This document shows, piece after piece, positions 18,675 to 29,161 of a stretch of 64,000 bases of DNA. Source of the stretch: Clostridiales bacterium. GTDB lineage: Bacteria; Bacillota; Clostridia; Lachnospirales; Lachnospiraceae. Each line of letters begins with the position of its first letter. Within the stretch, counting starts at the first letter, position 1. The DNA lies in the NCBI GenBank assembly GCA_021204045.1, contig JAJQAA010000019.1:24125-88124 (forward strand), in the 5' to 3' direction. A program made the translations under genes and the position numbers. Under the pieces are notes generated by a model, which did no database searches, had not been told where the DNA came from, and was given only the letters and a program-made list of their open reading frames with translations.

Positions 18675-19996
18675 GCCAGCACCTCCTTTATCGCAGCAAT
18701 CAAACCGTCGATCTCGCCGACGGAATTCATCTCCGTCGCACACCAGAGCATTTCCCGCTCTCCTGTCGGCAGGCCGGAAAGATAGCCCTTCTTTGCCAGC
18801 TTCTTTGCGAGTTCATTCGCATCGCAGGGGCAGATCGTGACAAATTCATGGAAAAATTCCCCTTCATATTTTCTCACAAAGCCCACACTCTCCAGGGCAG
18901 AGAGCAGATAATGCGCGTTGTTCATGCTGGACTTCGCCGCCTTTTCCAGACCCGCGCCTCCCATCGCGGCCAGATAAACCGCCGCCGTCATCGCGCACAG
19001 CGCCTCGTTGGAACAGATGTTGGAACTCGCTTTCTCCCGGCGGATATGCTGCTCGCGCGCCTGCAGCGTCAGCACATAACCGCGCTTTCCGTCGGCGTCC
19101 ACCGTCTGGCCGACGATCCGCCCGGGAAGCTTGCGCATCATGTCCTTCGTCATCGCCATATAGCCCAGGTACGGGCCGCCAAAGCCCAGCGGCAGTCCCA
19201 GCGGCTGGCCTTCGCCCACGGCGATATCCGCTCCGCACTCCGCGGGCGTTTTCAGAAGCCCCAGAGCGACCGGATTGCAGCTCATAATCAGCTTCGCTCC
19301 CGCAGCATGTACCGCGTCGGCGATCGCCGCGCCATCCTCAATCAGACCGTAATAATTCGGCGACTGGATCAGCAGGCATGCGGCATCCGACAGATCCAGT
19401 GCAGCCCACGCATCCATATCCGTCCGTCCGTCTTTCTCCGGCAGGATCACAAGCGGCGCGCCGCTGCCAAAGCAATAGGTTTTGATCACGGAGATCACCT
19501 TCGGATCGACCGAGCCGCTGACGACAACCGTCTTCCGTTTGCGGTCTCGGCACATCGCGGTGGCCTCCGCCGCAGCCGTGGCTCCGTCATAAACCGAAGC
19601 GTTGGACGCGTCCATGCCCGTCAGCTCACAGATCATCGTCTGATATTCAAAAATGGACTGCAGGATGCCCTGGCTGATCTCCGCCTGGTACGGCGTGTAA
19701 GCAGTGACAAATTCTTCTTTCGACGTCACCTGCTTCACGATCGCCGGAATATAATGATGATAAGCGCCCGCGCCGCGGAATATATGAGCGAAACGCACAT
19801 TTTTCGCGGCGATCTCCTCGATTTTCCGGGACAGCTCGAGTTCGGAAAGTCCCTCGGGGAGCGCAAGCGGTTCCCGGCAGCGCAGCTTCTCGGGAATATC
19901 CGCGTAAAGTTCATCGAAGGAGTTCATGCCGATCGCATGGAGCATATCCAGGCGCTCCTCCTTCGTACTGGGAAGATAGGATCCCATCGCAAGCAC
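18671..19996 (-). CDS. gcvPA: Glycine dehydrogenase (decarboxylating) subunit 1
   Basis: 441 aa. YTPYQAEISQG motif. Confidence 0.9.
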   Translation of the reverse strand: MLAMGSYLPSTKEERLDMLHAIGMNSFDELYADIPEKLRCREPLALPEGLSELELSRKIEEIAAKNVRFAHIFRGAGAYHHYIPAIVKQVTSKEEFVTAYTPYQAEISQGILQSIFEYQTMICELTGMDASNASVYDGATAAAEATAMCRDRKRKTVVVSGSVDPKVISVIKTYCFGSGAPLVILPEKDGRTDMDAWAALDLSDAACLLIQSPNYYGLIEDGAAIADAVHAAGAKLIMSCNPVALGLLKTPAECGADIAVGEGQPLGLPLGFGGPYLGYMAMTKDMMRKLPGRIVGQTVDADGKRGYVLTLQAREQHIRREKASSNICSNEALCAMTAAVYLAAMGGAGLEKAAKSSMNNAHYLLSALESVGFVRKYEGEFFHEFVTICPCDANELAKKLAKKGYLSGLPTGEREMLWCATEMNSVGEIDGLIAAIKEVLA

Positions 19997-20002
19997 CTCC
20001 CG

Positions 20003-20386
20003 TCAGTCTTCGCTTTCCGCGGCGCAATGCGCCTCATAGGCAGCGGCGTCAAACAGTTCTTCCTCGGCAGTCACGTTTTCCACCTTCACGAACCAGGCCT
20101 CATAGGGTGCTTCATTGATCCGCTCCGGGTGATCCAGCAGCTCCTCATTGATCTCCGCAACCGTACCGGACACTGGCGAATAAACGTCAGAAACCGCCTT
20201 TACCGACTCAACGTCGCCAAACGCCTCCCCCGCGGTCAGCTCGTCGCCGACCTCCGGCAGATTGACAAACACCAGGTCGCCCAGCTCACTCTGGGCATAA
20301 TCGGTCAGGCCAATGATGGCGTTCCCTTCTTCGATTTTAACCCACTCATGGGATTTGGCATAACGCAGTTCCTCTGGAAAATTCAT
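20003..20386 (-). CDS. gcvH: Glycine cleavage system H protein
   Basis: 127 aa. Lipoyl-lysine motif [13 protein letters not shown]. Confidence 0.9.
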   Translation of the reverse strand: MNFPEELRYAKSHEWVKIEEGNAIIGLTDYAQSELGDLVFVNLPEVGDELTAGEAFGDVESVKAVSDVYSPVSGTVAEINEELLDHPERINEAPYEAWFVKVENVTAEEELFDAAAYEAHCAAESED

Positions 20387-20451
20387 CGTTGTTCTCCTCC
20401 TGATTAAGATTTATAAAATGAAATGCAGATTACTTTTCTAAGACAATGCCC

Positions 20452-21558
20452 TTACTTTTTCCTCGTCGCTGAGTAAAACGGCAACGGCACGACCGTCATC
20501 GCCACCCGGCGGCCCCGCACATCCGCGCTTAGGTTTGTACCGACCGTCGCGACAGCCGGATCCACCAGCGCCATCGCGACCGGATAACCCAGATAAGGCG
20601 CGTGCGTGCCAGACGTCGTCATACCGACCTGCTTCGTGCCAATCTGCTCATCGTCACAGTAGACTGCCATATGCTCCCGCACAATGCCGCGCCCGGTTAC
20701 CTTCAAACCGACGCGCACCCGGGACGTCCCTGCGGACGCCAGGGCTTCCTTTCCAATAAAGCTTTCTTTATTCAGCTTCACGGCAAAATTCAGTCCGGCT
20801 TCCAGCGGCGTCACCGTCTCGTCCATCTCATGGCCGTACAGCGGCATCCCCGCCTCCAGACGAAGCGTATCCCGCGCGCCAAGCCCGCAGGGGATCAGAC
20901 CATCCTCTTTCCCGGCCTCCATCAACAGCTCCCACATCGCCGGAGCCTGATCGGCCGCCAGGTACAGCTCGTATCCGCCAGAACCCGTATAGCCCGTCTT
21001 GGAGACGACGCATTTCATGCCGCCAATCTCTGCATCAAAGTTGGCGCTGTAATACTTTGTGGGGAATGATTCCTCCGGTAACAGACGTCCCAGAATCTGC
21101 TGTGCCTTCGGCCCCTGCAGCGCGATCTGCGCCACCGTGTCCGAAATGTCCGTAAACACCGCGTCACCCTGCTCGTGCGCTTTCATCCAGGCAAAATCCT
21201 TTTCCTGGTTGGCGGCGTTCACCACAATAAAATAGCAGTTTTCCCGCACCTTATAGACAATCAGGTCGTCCACGCAGCCGCCGTTCTCATAGCACATGAC
21301 GCTGTAACGAGCCTGCCCGTCATACATGCAGCTAAAATCATTGGTCAGAATTTCATTCAGCAGCTTCAGAGCGTCCGGACCCACGCAGGTGATCTCTCCC
21401 ATGTGCGAAACGTCAAACAGGCCGCAGGCCTCTCGCACCGCCATGTGCTCCGCGATCACTCCGATCCCGTACTGCACCGGCAGCAGATAACCGGCAAACG
21501 GGACGATCTTTCCGCCGTACTTCTGGTGTGTCTCATAAAGCGGCGTTTTTTTCTCCAT
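20452..21558 (-). CDS. gcvT: Aminomethyltransferase (T protein)
   Basis: 368 aa. N-terminus KTPLYETHQKYGGKIVPFAGYLLPVQY is typical of GcvT. Confidence 0.9.
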   Translation of the reverse strand: MEKKTPLYETHQKYGGKIVPFAGYLLPVQYGIGVIAEHMAVREACGLFDVSHMGEITCVGPDALKLLNEILTNDFSCMYDGQARYSVMCYENGGCVDDLIVYKVRENCYFIVVNAANQEKDFAWMKAHEQGDAVFTDISDTVAQIALQGPKAQQILGRLLPEESFPTKYYSANFDAEIGGMKCVVSKTGYTGSGGYELYLAADQAPAMWELLMEAGKEDGLIPCGLGARDTLRLEAGMPLYGHEMDETVTPLEAGLNFAVKLNKESFIGKEALASAGTSRVRVGLKVTGRGIVREHMAVYCDDEQIGTKQVGMTTSGTHAPYLGYPVAMALVDPAVATVGTNLSADVRGRRVAMTVVPLPFYSATRKK

Positions 21559-21694
21559 TTCCTTACCCTCCTTATATAATGATGATGTTGGCGTCGAAAG
21601 CCCATGATACCGGCATCAGAAGAGACATAGACGCCCGCAGGGCGCTCCTTGAGGTAATCCTCAGCATCATCAGCTTTTAACCCTAAACATCCAC

Positions 21695-21734
21695 ACAAAA
21701 AAGCGCAAGACAAATACAATCATCTGTCTTGCGC
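21695..21734 (-). terminator. Expression-platform terminator of the glycine riboswitch
   Basis: Minus strand reads GCGCAAGACA-gatgattgtatt-TGTCTTGCGC followed by TTTTTTGTG. The 5' arm overlaps the end of aptamer 2. Confidence 0.6.
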
Positions 21735-21890
21735 TCTGTCATGTTTACCTGAAAGATTCCCGGTCACCCGGTTGCTTCTTCGGCGCAGCCTGCCGCTGCT
21801 TTCCAGAGTATCGTCAGAAACTGGTCCTTCTGCCTGAGAGTTTCCCTTCCCCTTCGGCGCGCATTTTGCGTCTCTCCCAGATCCCTCATC
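21735..21890 (-). promoter_or_regulatory. Tandem glycine riboswitch
   Basis: Minus strand, aptamer 1: GGATCTGGGAGAGAC...GCGCCGAAGGGGAAGGGAAACTCTCAGGCAGAAGGACC. Aptamer 2: CTCTGGAAAGCAG...GCGCCGAAGAAGCAACC...AATCTTTCAGGTAAACATGACAGAG. Both carry the CUCUGGAGAG / CCGAAGg-GCAA / CUCAGGCAaAAGGAC hallmarks. Confidence 0.8.
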
Positions 21891-21925
21891 CGATATATGG
21901 TGTTTTTCAATTTATTTATGCGCTA

Positions 21926-21954
21926 AATCTAGCATAAAACTTCAAAAAAGTCAA
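21926..21954 (-). promoter_or_regulatory. Putative promoter of the gcv operon
   Basis: Minus strand reads TTGACT, 17 nt, TAGATT. Confidence 0.4.
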
Positions 21955-22024
21955 CGCTATTTTATTCGAACAATATTCCGTGAACAATGTTTCTTTACTA
22001 CTTTCGAAGCGGAGCCTGCCACCA

Positions 22025-23122
22025 TCACCGCACCGGCAGCTCCTCCATCACCATCCGCATCGCCGCAATAAACGCTTCATTCTGCTCTCTGGTGCCGACG
22101 CTGACACGGTTGAAGGCATCCGGCGCACCGATCATGATCTTTGACTCTGCCAGTTTATTCCGCACCGCCTGGGAATCGCGGTGCGCGTCAAAATAAATGA
22201 AATTCGCCGCCGGCTCCACCACGTCGCAGCCCAGTTTTTTCAGTTCCCCGCTGACGTAACTGCGGTTTGCGATATTTAATGCCTTCATTTCTTTTATGTA
22301 ATCCTGATCGTCCAGGGCGGCCATAGCCGCCATCTGGGCGTTGCGCCCCACATTCCACGCCTGGCACGCCTTCATCAGTTCATCAATCAGCAGCGGATCC
22401 CCAACCGCGTAACCGATGCGAAGCCCCGCAAGTCCATAGATTTTGGAAAAGGTACGCAGCACGATGAGCGGCCTGTCGTAGCCCTCCTGGATCATACGGA
22501 TCAGGCTGTAATGGGTATCATCGTCCACATATTCAAAATAAGCCTCGTCCACAACGGCAATCACATGCTCCGGCAGCCTGCGCACAAACATTTCCACCGC
22601 GGCAGCGTTGACATACGTTCCGGTCGGATTGTTCGGGTTGACCACGATCGCCATCTTGGTTTTGTCCGTAATCGCTGCAAACATTCCATCCAGATCGAAT
22701 TTATAATCCTTATCCAGCGGCACCGGCACGCGGACGCCGCCATTATCACTGACCATGTCTGGGAAAGCTTCGTAGGACGGCATGCAGTACACAACCTCGT
22801 CTCCGTAATTGATAAAGACCTCGCCCAGCATGTCGATCACCGCGCTCGAGCCGGAGCCGACCAGAATATGATCCTTCGTCAGCCCGTAAAGGCCCGCCAG
22901 CTTTTCCTTGAGATCGACCGCGTAAAAATCCTGGTACATATAGCTGCCCAGGGCCGCGTCGATGATGACCTGCTTTACCTTGTCCGACATTCCGTAATTA
23001 TTCTCATTATAGTTCATACGCACAACGTCCTTCGAAGTCGAGGTTTTCTTTCTCGCGCCGCGGTTGCTCGCCGGTTTCGTTTTCATGCTGTCTCTCAAAA
23101 GCTCTGTTACATTCATGGTCAT
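22025..23122 (-). CDS. Class I/II PLP aminotransferase (histidinol-phosphate/aromatic aminotransferase family)
   Basis: 365 aa. VRMNYNENNYG near the N-terminus. PLP-lysine context RTFSKIYGLAGLRIGY. Confidence 0.8.
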   Translation of the reverse strand: MTMNVTELLRDSMKTKPASNRGARKKTSTSKDVVRMNYNENNYGMSDKVKQVIIDAALGSYMYQDFYAVDLKEKLAGLYGLTKDHILVGSGSSAVIDMLGEVFINYGDEVVYCMPSYEAFPDMVSDNGGVRVPVPLDKDYKFDLDGMFAAITDKTKMAIVVNPNNPTGTYVNAAAVEMFVRRLPEHVIAVVDEAYFEYVDDDTHYSLIRMIQEGYDRPLIVLRTFSKIYGLAGLRIGYAVGDPLLIDELMKACQAWNVGRNAQMAAMAALDDQDYIKEMKALNIANRSYVSGELKKLGCDVVEPAANFIYFDAHRDSQAVRNKLAESKIMIGAPDAFNRVSVGTREQNEAFIAAMRMVMEELPVR

Positions 23123-23177
23123 CTGTCTCCTTTTTCAAATCTGAAGCGTCCGGCAAATCGAATCTCTCATCGATCAC

Positions 23178-24191
23178 CTATTTATTAATTACTGACTTCG
23201 GCGCGCCACTCAGATATGCGACAAAGTTTTCGATCGCCATATCCACGGCTCGCAGCCGCGATTCCCTGGTCAGCCAGGCCACATGCCCCGTGATCGTGCA
23301 GTTTGGCGCGGTAAGCAGCGGCGAACCGTGCCGCGGCGGTTCCTCTGTGAGCACGTCCAGACAGGCCGCTCCCACTTTCCCCGAGGCCAGCGCGTCCGCC
23401 AGTGCCTGCTCGTCAATCAGCGCGCCGCGCGCCGTATTGATCAGCACGACGCCATCCTTCATCTTTTCGATGATTTCCGCATTGATCATCCGCTCCGTCT
23501 TAGGCGTATGCGGCATATGCAGGGAGATAAAATCACTGCGCGAAAGCAGTTCCTCCATCGTATCCGCCTGCTCGATGAATCCATATTCCGGAGCTGTCCG
23601 TTTTATAAGATCATAGGATATCACATGCATTCCAAAACCCTGAGCCATCCGCGCCAGCGAAAAGCCGATCGCACCCAGCCCCATTATGCCAAGCGTCTTG
23701 CCGTACAGCTCGATCTGGCGCGTGACCGATTTGCAGAACTCCGGCTTATTCTCCGGCCTCGTCCAGTCGATCGTCTTCACACGCGCATCGTGCAGCGCGA
23801 TATGATGGCAGGAATTCATCAGCAACGCAAACGCGTACTCAGCGATCGTATGCGAACCATAAACCGTGTTGGTAATCACTATGCCGCGGCGGCGGGTCAT
23901 CTCCGCATCGAAGGTCTCCCACCCGTGGCCGAGCGTCGCGATGTATTTCAGCCGCGGATGGCTGTCCAGAAATGGTTCATTGATCAGATCCGGGCCGATC
24001 CAGACCCCGAACAGCGCCTCGGCGTCCCCGATGAACGCATCCAGGCTTTTCCGGCTCGGATAATGATCTTCCGCAAGAATTCGCACCTCATCCACACCCG
24101 GTACCCGCTCCAGGCCCTTCCAGCGCGCAGTCAGCTCTGCCGGAGTGATGTCCGTCTGAATGATCCGTTCCTGTATCACAGCTGCTTTCAT
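23178..24191 (-). CDS. D-isomer-specific 2-hydroxyacid dehydrogenase family protein
   Basis: NAD fold GIMGLGAIGFSLARMAQGFGMHV. Also LINTARGALIDEQAL and the catalytic-His region ITGHVAW. Overlaps the MATE stop by 4 nt. Confidence 0.8.
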   Translation of the reverse strand: MKAAVIQERIIQTDITPAELTARWKGLERVPGVDEVRILAEDHYPSRKSLDAFIGDAEALFGVWIGPDLINEPFLDSHPRLKYIATLGHGWETFDAEMTRRRGIVITNTVYGSHTIAEYAFALLMNSCHHIALHDARVKTIDWTRPENKPEFCKSVTRQIELYGKTLGIMGLGAIGFSLARMAQGFGMHVISYDLIKRTAPEYGFIEQADTMEELLSRSDFISLHMPHTPKTERMINAEIIEKMKDGVVLINTARGALIDEQALADALASGKVGAACLDVLTEEPPRHGSPLLTAPNCTITGHVAWLTRESRLRAVDMAIENFVAYLSGAPKSVINK

Positions 24192-25522
24192 AGTCTTATC
24201 CTGCTTTCTGCTATTTTTATTTCTTTTTCATGCCGCAAAAACATCCATACTGCCGCCACATTCAGCGCAAACTGCGTCACTACCGCAGTCAGCCAGATAC
24301 CGTCCAGCCCCAGAAGCCGCGGCAGCAGATGAATCACCACCGGCGTCATAATCAACGGGTCAAAATAGATCATGAATAGAGAATATCGATCCTTCCCAAC
24401 CGCGTAGAAAAACGAATTGGTCACACGCACCAGCCCTGTAAAAATCAGCTGCGGCGCCGTCACCAGTACCGCATGCACGCCGATCCTGGCCGCCTCGTCG
24501 GAATAACCGTAGAGCGCCGGATAATACCGTGCTGTTGCGATTGCCAAGAGGAACAACAGTACGCTGACCGTCACCGCCGTGCCGATCGCCTTATTGCGAA
24601 TGCGGCGCATCGCCGCGAAATCGCGCGCGCCGTTGGCAAAGCTGGCCAGCGGCTGCATCCCTTCGGCTACGCCGATCAGAAGGATACGATAAGAACCGAC
24701 CGTGGAGGAAATCAGCGCGTACGCGCTGATCGCCAGGTCATCCCCGGTACCAAGGCAGGCGACATTGTGATACAAAATCAGCAGCGACGGAGTCAGGGAA
24801 ATCCCAAACGGCGAAACCGCGGTTTTGAAAATCCGCTTCCAGTACTCTGCACGCATCGTAAACTGATCCAGGCGCAGCGGATTGCTCTTTTTCCGGATCA
24901 GCAACGTCAGGCAGCTGACCGTCGTAAAGCCCTGCGCACACAGCGAGGCGATGGCCGCAGCCTCAATTCCTCTGCCGAACACCGCCATCAGCAGGTAATC
25001 CATCCCCAGATTGATCAACAAACCGCTGACCATGATCAGCATGGCGCTGACCGTCTTATTATCGTTGCGCAGCAGCGGTGTCAATCCGCAGGAAAAAATC
25101 TGCAATGCGCCTCCGGCGACCATGATCCTCACATAGATACGGGAAAGCCGTAAGAGCTCTCCCGTCGCACCCATCATCGTCAGCAACGGCGTGATCAGGG
25201 AAAGAAAGACCACTGTGCAAATCACGCTGGCGGCCAGCAGCGCCGCCAGTACATTCGCCCGGGCAATGTTGGATTCTTCATCCTTTCCCTCGCCCTGCTT
25301 CGTGGACATGATGACCGCACCGCCGCAGCCGATGCCGGTTCCCATCGCCGTGACCACCGCGATAATCGGCCAGGCCACATTGATTGCCGCCAGCGCCGTC
25401 TCGCTGATCAGATTGCTGACAAACAGCCCGTCAATCATCGAGTAGGCGCTTTGCAGGAACATCGTGACCATGGAGGAAACCACATATTTCGCAAATTTTC
25501 TGTCTACGGGTACATTCTCCAT
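24188..25522 (-). CDS. MATE-family efflux transporter
   Basis: 444 aa, about 12 hydrophobic segments, MATE-like N-terminus (MFLQSAYSMIDGLFVS). The start lies 1 nt after the SBP stop (TAAgATG). Confidence 0.8.
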   Translation of the reverse strand: MENVPVDRKFAKYVVSSMVTMFLQSAYSMIDGLFVSNLISETALAAINVAWPIIAVVTAMGTGIGCGGAVIMSTKQGEGKDEESNIARANVLAALLAASVICTVVFLSLITPLLTMMGATGELLRLSRIYVRIMVAGGALQIFSCGLTPLLRNDNKTVSAMLIMVSGLLINLGMDYLLMAVFGRGIEAAAIASLCAQGFTTVSCLTLLIRKKSNPLRLDQFTMRAEYWKRIFKTAVSPFGISLTPSLLILYHNVACLGTGDDLAISAYALISSTVGSYRILLIGVAEGMQPLASFANGARDFAAMRRIRNKAIGTAVTVSVLLFLLAIATARYYPALYGYSDEAARIGVHAVLVTAPQLIFTGLVRVTNSFFYAVGKDRYSLFMIYFDPLIMTPVVIHLLPRLLGLDGIWLTAVVTQFALNVAAVWMFLRHEKEIKIAESRIRL

Positions 25523-25523
25523 C

Positions 25524-26402
25524 TTACTCCTGGGATGCCGGCTGAGATGCGACCGCCTGATCCATCATCGCGTCTCTCTCCTCCTGGGAGATCGTCGCCA
25601 GGACCGCGTTGATCTTCTCCACCAGTTCCGTGTTCCCTTTCTGGGTCGGGATGCCAAGGTCGGTCTCCTCATTGCTGACCTCAAAGCCGGTGCCGCCCTC
25701 AAAGTCGATAATCTTTAAGTTCGGATTCGTCATCAGAATCGACTTCGCTGACGGATAATCACAGGTAAAGCCGTCAGCCTTCCCGGAATTGATCGCGGAC
25801 ACCATGGCCGCGAACGTATCCAGAGCCGCTGCCTTGGTCGCGTAATCTGTCACCTGATCGAGCACATCGTACCAGACCGTGTTCAGAGACGATGTCAACG
25901 TGGCGCCCTCAAAATCCGTCAGATTCTGCACGTTGGCGTAGGCGCCATCCTCCGCGACGACCGCGACGATATCGGCGTTATAGTAGGGATCCGAAAAATC
26001 GACGCTCTGCGCACGCTCACTGGTAATGCTCATGCCCGCGATCGCGCAGTCCACTTTTCCTGTGGTGATTGACAAAATCAGGCCGTCCCACTCGACCTGG
26101 GTGATTTCCAGATCCATATCGAGCGCGTCAGCGATTTTCTGGGCCATCAGCACATCGTAGCCGTTCATGTAGGAACCGTTCGTGGTCAGATAGGCGCCGT
26201 TTGAATCGTCGCCCTGCAGCCAGTCAAACGGCGCGTAGTCGGCAGACATCGCGACCCGCAAAACCGCGCGTTCACCTGAACTCTCCGCCTCGGAGGACAC
26301 CGCGGCTGCCGCTGTGGTGGCGGATGACGAAGTCTGTCCGCCGCAGGCAGTAAGCGCCAAAACCATTGCCAAAGCCAGTACCATCACCATCGATTTTCTC
26401 AT
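25524..26402 (-). CDS. Amino-acid ABC transporter substrate-binding lipoprotein (family 3)
   Basis: Lipobox LALTACGG. Polar amino-acid SBP-like core (DYAPFDW, GKVDCAIAGMSIT). Confidence 0.85.
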   Translation of the reverse strand: MRKSMVMVLALAMVLALTACGGQTSSSATTAAAAVSSEAESSGERAVLRVAMSADYAPFDWLQGDDSNGAYLTTNGSYMNGYDVLMAQKIADALDMDLEITQVEWDGLILSITTGKVDCAIAGMSITSERAQSVDFSDPYYNADIVAVVAEDGAYANVQNLTDFEGATLTSSLNTVWYDVLDQVTDYATKAAALDTFAAMVSAINSGKADGFTCDYPSAKSILMTNPNLKIIDFEGGTGFEVSNEETDLGIPTQKGNTELVEKINAVLATISQEERDAMMDQAVASQPASQE

Positions 26403-26484
26403 AATTATACTCCTCCTTGTTTATTTTGCAACACGGGATTTTTCCCGTTTCACCCTGAAAGAAATCAAGTATCAGGTTCACCGT

Positions 26485-27240
<756 letters not shown>

Positions 27241-27268
27241 CCACTCTCCTTCCCTCATCGTTCCTTCA

Positions 27269-28033
27269 TCACCCTTCCGTCGGCACCTCGTGGCTGACCG
27301 GAAGAACCTCATAGCTGTCTTTACCCGCCAGATAAATCTCCAGAAGGCGCAGCAGGAAATTGAAAATCAGCGTCAGCGTCAGGTAAATCGCCGCCGTAAT
27401 CGTGTAGGCCTCAAACATCCTAAAGTACGTGCCGGCAGCCACCTTGGTGATGTAAAACAGCTCCGTGACCGAAATCACGTTCAGCACCGAAGTGTCTTTG
27501 ATATTGGCGACAAACGTGTTGCCGATCTGCGGCGCGATAATCTTAAATGTCTGCGGCAGAATAACATGGATCATCATCGGAACGTAATTCATTCCCAGCG
27601 CCTTCGCGCCCTCAATCTGACCGGGATCGATCGAATTGATGCCGCCCCGCACGGTCTCCGCCATATAGGCGCCGCTGTTCAGCAGGATGATCAGAATCGC
27701 CGCCTGAAACGAAGGAAGATCCAGGCCGAACATCTGTGAAAATCCGTAGTAGATCACCATCGCCTGAACGATCATCGGCGTGCCTCGGAAAATCGTCACA
27801 TAAATCCGGCTGATGAAACGCGGAACAAACAGCAGCGCCTTCTTTGTCCGGCTCGTCTGATTTTTCATATCCGTGGCCTGGATAATGCCAATCACAAACC
27901 CCATCAGGCATCCCAGCAGCGTACCGGCCAGCGAGGTCTGAAGCGTTGTCAGCAGTCCCTGAAGATAATAGGTGTGGTACTGCTGAATCAGAAAAATAAT
28001 CCATTCAAAAAAATTGTTCGGCGATCCTGTCAT
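27269..28033 (-). CDS. Amino-acid ABC transporter permease
   Basis: Trimmed to [11 protein letters not shown]... with an AAAGGTGGA RBS. EAA-type loop [22 protein letters not shown]. Confidence 0.85.
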   Translation of the reverse strand: MTGSPNNFFEWIIFLIQQYHTYYLQGLLTTLQTSLAGTLLGCLMGFVIGIIQATDMKNQTSRTKKALLFVPRFISRIYVTIFRGTPMIVQAMVIYYGFSQMFGLDLPSFQAAILIILLNSGAYMAETVRGGINSIDPGQIEGAKALGMNYVPMMIHVILPQTFKIIAPQIGNTFVANIKDTSVLNVISVTELFYITKVAAGTYFRMFEAYTITAAIYLTLTLIFNFLLRLLEIYLAGKDSYEVLPVSHEVPTEG

Positions 28034-28123
28034 ACCTTGTCCACCTTTCTTCGCGTTTCGCTGATTCGCGGCTGAGCTTATTCTCAACCTCGGACTCGTC
28101 CACCTGGCTGTGTTTAATGATAA

Positions 28124-28163
28124 CGAAAAAGCGCCGGTTCCTTTTTTAAGGAACGCAGGCGCC
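28124..28163 (-). terminator. Leader (attenuator) terminator upstream of the ABC/MATE/dehydrogenase/aminotransferase operon
   Basis: Minus strand reads GGCGCCTGCGTTCC-TTAAAAAA-GGAACCGGCGC followed by TTTTTCGTT. It lies between the promoter and the first start codon. Confidence 0.5.
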
Positions 28164-28213
28164 TTTGCCGTCCGGAACCCATCTCATTCCGCGTTGCTCT
28201 TTATAGTTTGCAA

Positions 28214-28242
28214 ATTATAAACATCGTTTTTTTAAAAGTCAA
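28214..28242 (-). promoter_or_regulatory. Promoter of the amino-acid operon
   Basis: Minus strand reads TTGACT, 17 nt, TATAAT. Confidence 0.55.
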
Positions 28243-28408
28243 CCAAAAAACTCGTTTTCTTCTTTTTTAAATTTTCAGCAAAACAATCGAAGAAATTTTT
28301 TCTGTTTTTTCGGATTTATGGCCAAAAAAAATTTGGATAATTAAAAATCGGCATAAAAAAGCGGCACTTACCCGGCATAAACCGGCGCGCCGCGCGGGAT
28401 GATGCGAA

Positions 28409-28437
28409 TTGACTTCCTTTTTCTTTTCTGCTATAGT
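28409..28437 (+). promoter_or_regulatory. Promoter of the cytidylate-kinase-like gene
   Basis: TTGACT, 17 nt, TATAGT. Confidence 0.5.
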
Positions 28438-28486
28438 GTGTGAAACATCCGTGATGGCCATTCGGCCAGGATTAAGGAGGTCTGTT

Positions 28487-29089
28487 ATGGAGAATTATTA
28501 CATCAACATCAACCGGCAGTTTGGCAGCCTGGGCCGCCCGATCGCCCAGAAGCTTGCCGAGATCCTTGGAATTGAATATTATGACCGCGACATCGTCGAG
28601 GCTGTCGCCAAACAGACAAATGTTCCGGTCTCCAAAGTCAGCGACCAGGATGAGCAGACAGTTTCCCGCTTCGCGCGCATGGCTCAGCCGCTCGGCTCTG
28701 ACTCTGTCGACATGCAGGACAAGCTGTTTGCGGCCCAGCAGAAAATCATCCGCGATTTTGCGAAGAAGGGCTCTGCAATTTTTGTCGGCCGCTGCGCGGA
28801 TATCATCCTGCAGGACAAAAACTGCCTCAACGTATACATCTACGCTCCCAAAGAGCAGCGCTACCTGAACTGCGTCAATTCCCTGGGCATGGATCCGGCA
28901 GAAGCGCGAAAAATGATCGAAAAGGTCGACAAGGCCCGTGACCGCTACTGGATGCGCTATGCCAAGCATCTGCCCTCCGATCCGGAATACTGCCATCTGA
29001 TGATTGATTCCAGCCTGTTTGGCATCAACGGTACCGCACGGACATTGGCTGGCATAGTAAAAGACCGCTTTCAGGAAATCGAGGAGTAG
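28487..29089 (+). CDS. Cytidylate kinase-like family protein
   Basis: Trimmed to MENYYININRQFGSLGRPIAQKLAE... with an AGGAGG RBS. The pattern is typical of the Cytidylate_kin2 family. Confidence 0.7.
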   Translation: MENYYININRQFGSLGRPIAQKLAEILGIEYYDRDIVEAVAKQTNVPVSKVSDQDEQTVSRFARMAQPLGSDSVDMQDKLFAAQQKIIRDFAKKGSAIFVGRCADIILQDKNCLNVYIYAPKEQRYLNCVNSLGMDPAEARKMIEKVDKARDRYWMRYAKHLPSDPEYCHLMIDSSLFGINGTARTLAGIVKDRFQEIEE

Positions 29090-29161
29090 CCCTCACAAAA
29101 AGCGGCTGATCATTCAAGGGCGGCTTACCGCCGCCCCTGCGTTAAAATTGTCCTTCCGGCA

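Noticed and set aside
18533-20407. 624-aa plus-strand ORF
   Set aside because: It is entirely antisense to gcvPA, gcvH and the start of gcvPB. Its composition is Arg/His/Gly/Leu-rich with no motifs. This is the typical shadow ORF of a GC-rich coding strand.
21456-21719. 87-aa minus-strand ORF overlapping the gcvT start
   Set aside because: It begins inside the riboswitch terminator and overlaps gcvT out of frame. No RBS.
28146-28187. 13-codon leader ORF MRWVPDGKGACVP ending in the attenuator loop
   Set aside because: It has only a very weak RBS (GCGGA) and a single regulatory-looking codon. That is insufficient to claim a leader-peptide attenuation mechanism.
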